64,000 nt of DNA from Clostridia bacterium (lineage in GTDB: Bacteria; Bacillota; Clostridia; Christensenellales; CAG-138): NCBI GenBank assembly GCA_036654235.1, contig JAVVSK010000009.1, forward strand, positions 19,539-83,538, given 5' to 3'. Of the stretch, positions 29,971-38,382 are shown one piece after another; within the stretch, counting starts at the first letter, position 1, and each line of letters opens with the position of its first letter. The notes under the pieces are model-generated. The model did no database searches. It was not told where the DNA came from and worked only from the letters and a program-made list of their open reading frames with translations. The position numbers and the translations under genes were made by a program.

Positions 29971-31164
29971 CTAACTTTTTGACAATGCTTCGTATGAGTT
30001 AAATATGGGCAGAAGCACGCTTAACATAACAAGTAAGACTATAGCCGCCATTATAACCAACATAACCGGCTCCATGAGCGCCAAGAGCGCTTGAATCGCC
30101 ATCTCGGATTCAAACTCATAGCTTTCGGCGACGACACCAAGCATATATTCCAGGTTTCCGGTTTCTTCGCCAACGAGAACATTTGCAATAAGCTTTTTTT
30201 CGAATCCATCTACGAAGGAAAGAGAATGCGAAAGGGTTTCACCTCTTCTTATTCGGGTTATAACATCGTCGAATTGACTCGCTATATATTTATTACCTAT
30301 CGTATTTTTTCCGACCTGCAACGCTACGACGATAGGAAGACCGCTCGCATATTGCGAGGAGAGAGTTCGCGCGAATCTAGCGGTGTATATGACTTTAAGA
30401 AGTTTACCCACCTTCGGAATTCTTAAAATCATCTTGTCTATGAACCATTTTACATTAGGAATTCGCTTTATTATCGATATAAATATTGATAAAGCCGCTA
30501 CAATGAACAATAATATATACCATTTCGTAGCGACAAAATCGCCAATAGACATTACGAATTTCGTTAGTCCCGGAAGCTCCATCCCTTCAAAAAGAGAAAC
30601 AAAGTTGGGTAAAACGAAGGTGAAAAGCCCAACGCAAATTAATATCGTCATAACCGCAAGAATCTTGGGATACAATAGTGCGCTCTTTATTTTACCGTTT
30701 AGACGATCTTCTTTTTCATAATGAACAGCCATTTTTCTTGCGGTAACGTCCATCGTCCCGTTGGATTCTGCCGCTTTAAACATATTAATAAGAAGCTCGG
30801 GGAAAACGTTTCCTTGCTGTTCGAGAGCTTCGGAAAAAGAAATTCCTTGACTTATTAGCCTAAGTATTTCCACATATATTCCGCGTATTCGAGTTTCGCA
30901 GTTTTCGTCACGCGTCATTATCCCTATAGTTCGGACGAGAGAAACGCCGGCGGAAAGCAAAGTACCGAGTTGACGGCAAAAATCGCTGACCTGCTTCGAT
31001 TTTAGCTTTCTATTCGTAAGCTTTAGTTTTTTTTCTTTCGCGGATATGAGGAATACATCCGCTTTTCGTAAAGAGTCGAATAGTTCGGATTCGTTGTTTG
31101 CGTTAGCTATGCTTTTTATCGTTTTTCCCTCTGAATCCTTTGCAATATATGAATATTTCGGCAA
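29971..31164 (-). CDS. pilC: type IV pilus platform protein PilC (GspF family)
   Basis: 397 aa with a duplicated GspF domain, 3 TM helices, and motifs such as LLSAGVSLVRTI and GEETGNLEYML. Confidence 0.88.
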   Translation of the reverse strand: MPKYSYIAKDSEGKTIKSIANANNESELFDSLRKADVFLISAKEKKLKLTNRKLKSKQVSDFCRQLGTLLSAGVSLVRTIGIMTRDENCETRIRGIYVEILRLISQGISFSEALEQQGNVFPELLINMFKAAESNGTMDVTARKMAVHYEKEDRLNGKIKSALLYPKILAVMTILICVGLFTFVLPNFVSLFEGMELPGLTKFVMSIGDFVATKWYILLFIVAALSIFISIIKRIPNVKWFIDKMILRIPKVGKLLKVIYTARFARTLSSQYASGLPIVVALQVGKNTIGNKYIASQFDDVITRIRRGETLSHSLSFVDGFEKKLIANVLVGEETGNLEYMLGVVAESYEFESEMAIQALLALMEPVMLVIMAAIVLLVMLSVLLPIFNSYEALSKS

Positions 31165-31273
31165 AGCGAAATCCCCCCTTCCTTAATTTTAAATTTAACA
31201 CACGGTATTAAATAATGCTTTAACTAATGCTTAAATTTTTTTAATATATCAGACATAAAGCTAAAATTATTTT

Positions 31274-32080
31274 TTAAACGAAAAATGTCAGATACCAATT
31301 TAATATTATTTCGCCAAAGAGCATTGAAAGAGCTATTCCAATGCAGAGCGCGGGAGCGAACGCAAAATGCTCTTTAAAGCCTTTTTGATTTTTTATCATA
31401 TAAAAGATACCCTGAACTCCTCCAATTAAAAGACCAAAGAACATTGCGATTATGGCGAGTTTCCATCCGAGCATAAATCCGGCAACAGCCATGAGTTTTA
31501 TATCTCCACCACCAAAAGCGCCGTTTATTAAAAGCGTTAAGAGCAGCATAGGGAGACTTATACAAAAAAAGCCGATTCCATGGTTTAGAAGAGAATCGAA
31601 GAATCCAATGTTATCCTTAAAAATGAAAAAAGCAGCAATTGCCGGGACAATTAGCGCTATGATAAGCCCGTTAGGAATTTCCATTGTATCGTAATCGATG
31701 AACGCTATCGCTGTAAGTATCGAAAACGCAGTAAAGGCAACAACTCCTTCGATGGAAAAGAAAAAGGGAAAAATATCTGTTTTTCGAAAAACATAAGCGC
31801 ACAAAAGCGCGAGAAGACCGCCCAAAAGTTCAACGAAAAAATAACGCGCCGAAAGCTTTCCTCCGCAATAACGACATTTTCCTCTAAGAAAAACAAAGCT
31901 GAATAGGGGAACGAGGTCAAAGCCCGAGAGAGTATGTCCGCAAGAAACGCAATGGGATCTTCCTTTAACGAAGCTCTCGCCCTTTTGAATCCTATAGATA
32001 AGGACGTTTACAAAAGAAAAAATAACCGTACCAAAAGCGAAAACGAAAAGCGCTATTAATATTGTAAAAATGGTTTGCAT
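31274..32080 (-). CDS. pilD: prepilin peptidase (A24 family) with N-terminal Zn/methyltransferase region
   Basis: CVSCGH...CRYCG Cys pairs, a polytopic membrane protein, and the GGGDIKLMA catalytic Asp motif. Confidence 0.88.
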   Translation of the reverse strand: MQTIFTILIALFVFAFGTVIFSFVNVLIYRIQKGESFVKGRSHCVSCGHTLSGFDLVPLFSFVFLRGKCRYCGGKLSARYFFVELLGGLLALLCAYVFRKTDIFPFFFSIEGVVAFTAFSILTAIAFIDYDTMEIPNGLIIALIVPAIAAFFIFKDNIGFFDSLLNHGIGFFCISLPMLLLTLLINGAFGGGDIKLMAVAGFMLGWKLAIIAMFFGLLIGGVQGIFYMIKNQKGFKEHFAFAPALCIGIALSMLFGEIILNWYLTFFV

Positions 32081-32282
32081 AATCGTTTTCCTTTCCTTTT
32101 AATCTTAGGGATAATTTTAAAAAGGGATTTCCTCTTAACTCTACTAATTAAAGAACCTTTGCCGCAGCGCTTTTTTTAGCGGCGGCAAAAAAATTGATAA
32201 TTAAGGTGTATTATTTTATTTTTGCACCTATTCTTCGGAGTTACCTATTTAAAAATAGGTTTTAATAAAACTTCGCTCTGAC

Positions 32283-32873
32283 TTACCGTATATTTATGAA
32301 AATTCTACTAATATGCTGACCAATGGCGATAGTCCAAGAATTAAGCGTGGGTGTCGGTTCGAAAGCCGGGTTGAATTTTTTCCCGTTAGGCGGAGTCAAA
32401 TCCGCATCCGAACACATATATACAGTATAATTTCCATCGTAATAGTAAATCTCGGTTACCTTAAAGGCTCCATTTATGTCCTTTATAATTATTTCACCGG
32501 TTTTGGCTGCATTTAAAGTACCAAATTTTCTTTCGGAGTACTTTTCGATATAGTTATAAATTTGTTTAGCTGCTGTTATGCCGTGACCACTGCTGTTAGG
32601 TCCGGTGTTGCTGTTTAACTTAATCGTAAGATTAGAAAGATTTTGACTTACTTCGTAAATCAAAGCCGCGGGCATTTCGGCGTATGTTATGGAAACGGAA
32701 GTTTGAGCGGCAATTAGGACATTTCGAGCTTCGGCTATAGCTGCTTTTTTATTTGCTTCGGCGATATAGCCGGTTAGCGAGGGAATTAGGATTGCCGCTA
32801 AAACCGCGAGTATTACGAGAACCACGATTACTTCAACAAGGGTAAAACCGCTTAAACCTTTTAACTTTTTCAA
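32283..32873 (-). CDS. type IV pilin, major-pilin paralogue 1
   Basis: Class III signal peptide (MKKLKGLS G/FTLVEVIVVLVILAVLAAILIPSLTGYIAEANKKA) with Glu at +5. Confidence 0.85.
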   Translation of the reverse strand: MKKLKGLSGFTLVEVIVVLVILAVLAAILIPSLTGYIAEANKKAAIAEARNVLIAAQTSVSITYAEMPAALIYEVSQNLSNLTIKLNSNTGPNSSGHGITAAKQIYNYIEKYSERKFGTLNAAKTGEIIIKDINGAFKVTEIYYYDGNYTVYMCSDADLTPPNGKKFNPAFEPTPTLNSWTIAIGQHISRIFINIR

Positions 32874-32930
32874 CTTTCAAAACCTTTTCCTTCAAAGCAT
32901 CTATAAACATATAGGTCTTTAGCAAAAAAA

Positions 32931-33488
32931 TCATTTTTCAGGTATTGATACTTTTGGCAATTTACCGGAAGTTATAGAAGACCAAACGTTGACGACGGGA
33001 ACCGGACGATAAGTGTGAAACGTTTTGCTGAGCGTTTCTTAGGTGAAAATATACGCAGTATAGTTGCCGTCATAGTGTTAGCTTTCGTTTGCTTCAAATT
33101 TGCCATTGATATCCAGAATAATGATTCTTGCGGTTGTACATTCTCTTCTAAGGTGATTTACGAATAATTCCCAATATAACTTTAAATCTTTTTTAGCGAT
33201 CCCCGCGTCGAATTTTTCCAAATTAAAGTCGATTACGAAAATGCCTGAAATAACGGACTCACCGTTACCTTCCTCAAACTCCTTCGGTATTTCAAAATAC
33301 GTTAGCAAAAAGGAAAGGTTGAGCGGCAATTAGAACCTTTCGCGCTTAGGAGATAAGAACCTTCTTATGCGCTTCGGCGATAGGCGGTTAGCGATCGGAT
33401 TAAGATTGCCATTAGAATCGCGAGTATTAAGAGAACGACGACTACCTCAAAAGAGGGTAAAGCCCTTTATGTTTTTCAAATTATTCAC
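32931..33488 (-). pseudogene. decayed type IV pilin paralogue
   Basis: The DNA aligns along its length with the flanking pilin genes. It reads VNNLKNIKGFTLF then a 1-nt loss, then EVVVVLLILAILMAILIRSLTAY, followed by further indels. Stops appear within recognisable pilin text: ...INGKFEANES*HYDGNYTAYIFT*ET...VVNVWSS... Confidence 0.8.
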
Positions 33489-33537
33489 TATCTGTTCAAC
33501 ATATAGGGCTTTACGGGAATCTTTTAGTTATGGAGTA

Positions 33538-34098
33538 TTATGGTTTGGCAACGGTGATTGCAGCGGCTATATTATCGCCCGCAGCTACAGACCAAACGTT
33601 AGTGGCAAGAGTCGGCTGGAATACTGGCGGTGTGGCGGTTTCAGTCGGTGTTCCGTAGGTACACATATAAGCGGTGTAGTTGCCGTCATAGTAGCGAATT
33701 TCTGTTACTTTAAAGGCACCATCTATGTTCTGAATCTTTATTTTAGCTACTAGACCTGTGGCAAACTTCATTTCAGAGTACTTTTCAGTATACTGATAAA
33801 TCTGCTTCGCAGCGGCAGCTGTAGGTGCTGTACCATTCAAGTCGATTTCGAGAATTTTGCCTGTGCCTGCTTCAACTTCTTTCGTTAAATCAGCTGTCAT
33901 TTCAGAATACGTTAATGAAACGGAAGTTTGCGCGGCGATTAGAACGCTACGCGCTTCGGCGATAACCGCTTTTTTATTCGCTTCGGCGATATAGCCGGTA
34001 AGCGAGGGGATAAGGATCGCTGCTAAAATCGCCAATATGACGAGAACAACGATTACCTCAACGAGGGTAAAACCCTTTTTGCTCTTGAGATTTTTCAT
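33538..34098 (-). CDS. type IV pilin, major-pilin paralogue 2
   Basis: MKNLKSKK G/FTLVEVIVVLVILAILAAILIPSLTGYIAEANKKA. The shared C-terminal block is DGAFKVTEIRYYDGNYTAYMC. Confidence 0.85.
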   Translation of the reverse strand: MKNLKSKKGFTLVEVIVVLVILAILAAILIPSLTGYIAEANKKAVIAEARSVLIAAQTSVSLTYSEMTADLTKEVEAGTGKILEIDLNGTAPTAAAAKQIYQYTEKYSEMKFATGLVAKIKIQNIDGAFKVTEIRYYDGNYTAYMCTYGTPTETATPPVFQPTLATNVWSVAAGDNIAAAITVAKP

Positions 34099-34204
34099 TT
34101 CTTTACCTCTTATTCTAAGTTATTATTTATACATACGCTTTGAGTTTTATCAAAGCATCGTATCGAAGTTAAAGCGAACAAAGCGACATTAAAAGGGGGG
34201 AGCT

Positions 34205-34669
34205 TCATTCGGTAGTCCATTTTCCATTTAAATAGGTTGCTTTAAATCCGCTATCTGGATCGCAATAAGTAATCCGCAATAATGTATCTCTACCATCGGT
34301 GGAATACTCTACTCCGGTTATAACTCCGGTTAATCTCGAAAGAGCTATTATTTCATCATAAGCGGCTTTTGTAAGACCAACCCAATCTCCCATTTGATAT
34401 CCCGCATTTTCGTTCTCTTCTATTCCCCAATCGTTATTTTCACGATCATCTTTAGCGAGGAGAAAGAGCTCTCCCGATCCATAATATTGATGAAAAACGG
34501 ACTGAGTTGCTAAAGCCGCGCTTCGCCCATCGGCTAACGCCTGGCTTTGCTTTGCTTTAGTAATGTATTGGCTATACATTGGAAGCAAAATAGCGACGAG
34601 TATAATTATTATGACGAGACATACTAAAAGTTCGACAAGGGTAAAGCCGCTTTTAAAATTTTTTTTCAT
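34205..34669 (-). CDS. type IV pilin-like protein (divergent, possibly a minor pilin)
   Basis: MKKNFKS G/FTLVELLVCLVIIIILVAILLP prepilin N-terminus. The C-terminal domain is unrelated to the other two pilins. Confidence 0.75.
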   Translation of the reverse strand: MKKNFKSGFTLVELLVCLVIIIILVAILLPMYSQYITKAKQSQALADGRSAALATQSVFHQYYGSGELFLLAKDDRENNDWGIEENENAGYQMGDWVGLTKAAYDEIIALSRLTGVITGVEYSTDGRDTLLRITYCDPDSGFKATYLNGKWTTE

Positions 34670-34731
34670 ATGTATACAACAGATCCCCTTTAAACTTAGA
34701 TGCTATCCCGCACTCATTAATATACTAGTCG

Positions 34732-34760
34732 AGTATAGTGTTCATTACTATTTTTGTCAA
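34732..34760 (-). promoter_or_regulatory. sigma-A type promoter of the pilin/T4P operon
   Basis: On the minus strand, TTGACA-17 nt-TATACT, about 60 nt upstream of the 34669 start. The -10 lies within the small palindrome TATACTAGTCGAGTATA. Confidence 0.55.
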
Positions 34761-34965
34761 CCATAATAATGTCATTTTTGGATAAATACCTAAATTAAAT
34801 GCCATTATCTTAACTTTTACTTCGAATTTTGGCGACATAGAAACAATTAAGGATAAGCAACAATATTATTATGCCGTGAAAATAAACACATATATAATTT
34901 AATATAATTGTCAGGAAAAAGAAAGGCTAAAAATCATGCATACATCGAATCATATACTGGTTATT

Positions 34966-34994
34966 TTGCATTATAATCATCTTTATGTTATAAT
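34966..34994 (+). promoter_or_regulatory. sigma-A type promoter with extended -10 for the acyltransferase gene
   Basis: TTGCAT-17 nt-(TGT)TATAAT. Confidence 0.5.
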
Positions 34995-35035
34995 CGCCGC
35001 TGTAACTTAAAAAAGTTTGAAATTTTGAGGTTTTT

Positions 35036-36154
35036 ATGGAGAAATTGAGGTCGGAACGGAGCTCAAACCTAGAGCTGTTGCGAATAGTCGCGATGTTTAT
35101 AATTATAGTGCATCATTGCTGTTATTATGGCGGGTTTAATCCATCGGATATGCCTTTTTCGGCATCTAAAATTCTTATTCAGTCGCTTAGCCTTGGCGGT
35201 TTTGGGATAAACCTATTTGTACTTGTATCGGGATATTTTATGGTTTCTACCGGTTTTAAAATGCGCCGCCTTGTAAAAACATGGCTGCAAATCGCATTCT
35301 ATTCCTTGTTTCTTTTTATACTTATGGCGAGCTTTGGAGCGATTCAGTTTGATTTTATTTCATTAATAAAGGCGGCGATTCCCGTTGCCTTCGAGCAATA
35401 TTGGTTTGCTACGACATATGTTATTTTAATTTGCATCTCGCCGTTTTTAAATATACTTATAAAGGCTATGAATAAGCGGACGCATCTTATTCTCGTACTC
35501 GTCCTTATACTTTTGCAAAGCGTTTTACCAACGATTACTACGGCGAAAATGGCATATGCGGATATTGCGTGGTTCGTTGCGCTGTATTTTATCGCCGCTT
35601 ATTTACGTCTATACCCGAATTCGCTTACGATGAGCCTAAAAAAAAGTTTAGCGATATTATTTTGCTCAATGTCGTTTCTCGTTATATCGGTAATTTTTAT
35701 AGACGTTTTAGCGATTAATGATGCTTTTTTTAAGAATGTCGGCGTATATATGCTTGCGCAAAATAAGCTTCCAATGCTGATAGCTTCAATTTCAATGTTT
35801 TTAGTATTCAATAACATAAAGAGCCTTGGGTCAAATAAAATTATTAATACCATAGCCGGAACAACCTTCGGAATATATCTTATTCATGACAGCTCTGCTT
35901 TTAGAGTGGTACTTTGGAGAAATATATTTCGCCCGGATCTATTCCCGAACACTTTACTTCTTCCGGTCTATATATTTGCGGCGGCGGCATTTGTTTTTCT
36001 AATTGGGATGGGTATTGACTTTTTACGCCAATATTTATTGGAAAAACCGATGTTCTTTCTTTATGATAACAGGTGCATACGGCTAAAATCGTTTTTTGCG
36101 CGAGCGGGCGAAAAAGGCAACGCAATTATTGATAAAATTTCTGAATATAAATAA
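35036..36154 (+). CDS. acyltransferase family 3 membrane protein (O-acyltransferase)
   Basis: 372 aa with about 10 TM helices and an N-terminal NLELLRIVAMFIIIVHH motif typical of acyltransferase_3. Confidence 0.8.
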   Translation: MEKLRSERSSNLELLRIVAMFIIIVHHCCYYGGFNPSDMPFSASKILIQSLSLGGFGINLFVLVSGYFMVSTGFKMRRLVKTWLQIAFYSLFLFILMASFGAIQFDFISLIKAAIPVAFEQYWFATTYVILICISPFLNILIKAMNKRTHLILVLVLILLQSVLPTITTAKMAYADIAWFVALYFIAAYLRLYPNSLTMSLKKSLAILFCSMSFLVISVIFIDVLAINDAFFKNVGVYMLAQNKLPMLIASISMFLVFNNIKSLGSNKIINTIAGTTFGIYLIHDSSAFRVVLWRNIFRPDLFPNTLLLPVYIFAAAAFVFLIGMGIDFLRQYLLEKPMFFLYDNRCIRLKSFFARAGEKGNAIIDKISEYK

Positions 36155-36426
36155 GCTTTGCATAGAAATAATATTTTGCGCCGCTATTCGAAAATAGTAT
36201 ATCACTATTCAAAAAAATGCATATTCATCAATAAAATCGTTTAAAAAGCAAAAGACGAAAGTTCGCGTATGCTGTTGTATATAGGCGATTAGCGCGAAAG
36301 TATGCTCTGGTTTTAAGTATTCAAATTTAAATAAAGCGCATTAATATACTTTTTTAAGCCTCTGGCAACTTAGACGTTTTAGAGTTACAATGAATAGTGC
36401 ATAAGCACAATAGGGAGGAATATTGC

Positions 36427-37563
36427 ATGAACTTTGAGTTTACGAAGGAACAGGAAGCCGTAAGACAAATGGTTTCTGAGTTCGCGGAAAAGGAAGTAAA
36501 ACCGATAGCCGGTCTTATAGACATTACCGAAGATTTTCCGGCTGAAAATGTTAAAAAGCTGTTTAGGTACGGAATTATGGGAATGGGCGTACCTACGGTT
36601 TACGGTGGCGCGGGAGCTGACGAAATTGCGTCGGCTATAGCGGTCGAGGAACTTTCGCGCGTTTGCGGAACGACGGGAGTAATTGTTGCGGCGCACAATT
36701 CCCTTTGTTGTTATCCAATCTATAAATATGGTACAGAGGATCAAAGGAATAAGTACCTTCCGATGCTTACCGGCGGTGTTGTCGGCGCATTTGCGCTTAC
36801 CGAGCCGAACGCGGGGACGGATGCCTCGGCGCAGCAGACCGTAGCGGTGCTTGACGGAGATCATTATGTTTTAAACGGATCTAAGATATTTATAACGAAC
36901 GGCGGAGTGGCGGGAGTTTTCATTGTCTTTGCGATGACCGATAAGTCTAAGGGGACGCGTGGAATAACGGCATTTTTAGTAGAAAAGGACTTTCCCGGAT
37001 TTTCTATCGGAAAGCGCGAAGATAAGATGGGTATTCGCGCATCATCTACTTGCGAGTTGGTTTTTGAAAATTGTATCGTTCCTAAGGAAAATCTTTTAGG
37101 CGGCGAGGGTAAGGGCTTTAAGATAGCGATGGCGACGTTAGACGGTGGAAGAATCGGAATTGCGGCGCAAGCTCTGGGTATTGCTCAGGGCGCTATTGAT
37201 GAAGCGGTTAAATATACTAAACAGAGAATTCAGTTCGGTAAGCCGATATCGGCGTTCCAGAATACTCAGTTCGTTCTTGCCGATCTTGAAACAAAGATAA
37301 ACGCGGCGCGTTTATTGGTTTATAGCGCATCTATGGCTAAGAAGAGTGGAAAACCTTTTAGCAAAGAAGCGGCGATGGCGAAGCTCTATGCCTCTGAGGT
37401 AGCGATGGAGGTAACGACGAAGGCTCTGCAGTTCCATGGTGGGTACGGTTATACAAAGGATTATCCTATCGAGCGCATGATGCGCGACGCTAAGATAACC
37501 GAAATCTACGAGGGAACGAGCGAAGTTCAGCGCATGGTTATATCCGGCGCGCTTTTGAAATAA
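36427..37563 (+). CDS. acyl-CoA dehydrogenase (butyryl-CoA dehydrogenase-like)
   Basis: MNFEFTKEQE..., ALTEPNAGTD, and a C-terminal YEGTSEVQR catalytic-Glu motif. The start is set behind a GGGAGGA RBS. Confidence 0.9.
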   Translation: MNFEFTKEQEAVRQMVSEFAEKEVKPIAGLIDITEDFPAENVKKLFRYGIMGMGVPTVYGGAGADEIASAIAVEELSRVCGTTGVIVAAHNSLCCYPIYKYGTEDQRNKYLPMLTGGVVGAFALTEPNAGTDASAQQTVAVLDGDHYVLNGSKIFITNGGVAGVFIVFAMTDKSKGTRGITAFLVEKDFPGFSIGKREDKMGIRASSTCELVFENCIVPKENLLGGEGKGFKIAMATLDGGRIGIAAQALGIAQGAIDEAVKYTKQRIQFGKPISAFQNTQFVLADLETKINAARLLVYSASMAKKSGKPFSKEAAMAKLYASEVAMEVTTKALQFHGGYGYTKDYPIERMMRDAKITEIYEGTSEVQRMVISGALLK

Positions 37564-37580
37564 GGAGGCAGGGAGAAATT

Positions 37581-38372
37581 ATGAAAATAATTGTTTGCGT
37601 AAAACAGGTTCCCGATACGACGGACGTTAAGATAGATCCAAAGACCGGAACGATGGTTCGCGAGGGCGTTAAGTCAATATTTAATCCTGACGATTTAAAC
37701 GCTCTCGAAGAAGCATTAAAAATGAAGGACGAGGCGGCGGAAGCTTCCGAGGTCATATGTCTTACTATGGGACCTCCGCAGGCTGAGGCGATTTTAGACG
37801 AGGCTCTCGCTATGGGCGCCGATCGTGCGATTTTACTTTCAGACCGCGCTTTTGCCGGTGCGGATACATGGGCAACGTCGAATACACTCGCGGCGGCTAT
37901 AAAAAAGATAGGCGATTTTGATATAATTTTTGCGGGTAGACAGGCTATTGATGGGGACACGGCACAGGTAGGTCCGCAGCTTGCCGAGAGGTTGAACATC
38001 CCTCAAATTACTTATGTTCAAAGCTTTAAACTCGAAAAAGATGCGATAATTGCGGAGAGAATGCTTGAAGACGGGTATGAGATTGTTAAAACCCGTATGC
38101 CGGCGTTGATAACGGCGATAAAGGAGCTGAACGCTCCGCGCTATATGGATATTAGACGTATATACAGTATGTTTAACAAGGGCTTGATTGAGGTTTGGAC
38201 ATTGAAAGATCTCGGAATCCCCGATACCGAAGTTGGCTTAAACGCGTCGCCTACTAAGGTGCAGCGCTCCTTCTCTCCCGATGCAAAGGCGCCCGGAAGA
38301 ATGATCGGTGGCTCGGCTAAGGACGCTGTAAGCGAGCTCGTAACAGAGCTGAGACAAAAACACGTGATATAA
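37581..38372 (+). CDS. etfB: electron transfer flavoprotein beta subunit
   Basis: MKIIVCVKQVPDT... and the typical EtfB length. Confidence 0.92.
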   Translation: MKIIVCVKQVPDTTDVKIDPKTGTMVREGVKSIFNPDDLNALEEALKMKDEAAEASEVICLTMGPPQAEAILDEALAMGADRAILLSDRAFAGADTWATSNTLAAAIKKIGDFDIIFAGRQAIDGDTAQVGPQLAERLNIPQITYVQSFKLEKDAIIAERMLEDGYEIVKTRMPALITAIKELNAPRYMDIRRIYSMFNKGLIEVWTLKDLGIPDTEVGLNASPTKVQRSFSPDAKAPGRMIGGSAKDAVSELVTELRQKHVI

Positions 38373-38382
38373 GGAGAAGCAT

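Noticed and set aside
32081-32282. The hairpin GCCGCAGCGC-TTTTTTT-AGCGGCGGC between pilin 1 and pilD as an intra-operon attenuator that sets the ratio of pilin to assembly machinery.
   Set aside because: On the transcribed (minus) strand the stem is not followed by a U-tract and the pairing is imperfect. It is plausible but unsupported by sequence alone.
33367-33753. A 128-aa plus-strand ORF between the pilin genes.
   Set aside because: It is antisense to the pilin pseudogene and to the 3' end of pilin 2. Its sequence is the mirror of conserved pilin coding DNA.
36155-36426. A Rex (redox repressor) operator upstream of the dehydrogenase-etf operon.
   Set aside because: I looked for a TTGTTAA-N4-TTAACAA-like box and found only a loose palindrome (AATAGT-ATATC-ACTATT). 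That is not enough to call a site.
36385-36864. A 159-aa minus-strand ORF.
   Set aside because: It is antisense to the acyl-CoA dehydrogenase gene. It is Arg/Lys-rich and low in complexity, which is typical of antisense frames.
37538-37999. A 153-aa minus-strand ORF.
   Set aside because: It is antisense to etfB and has the Ala/Ser-rich composition typical of a shadow ORF.
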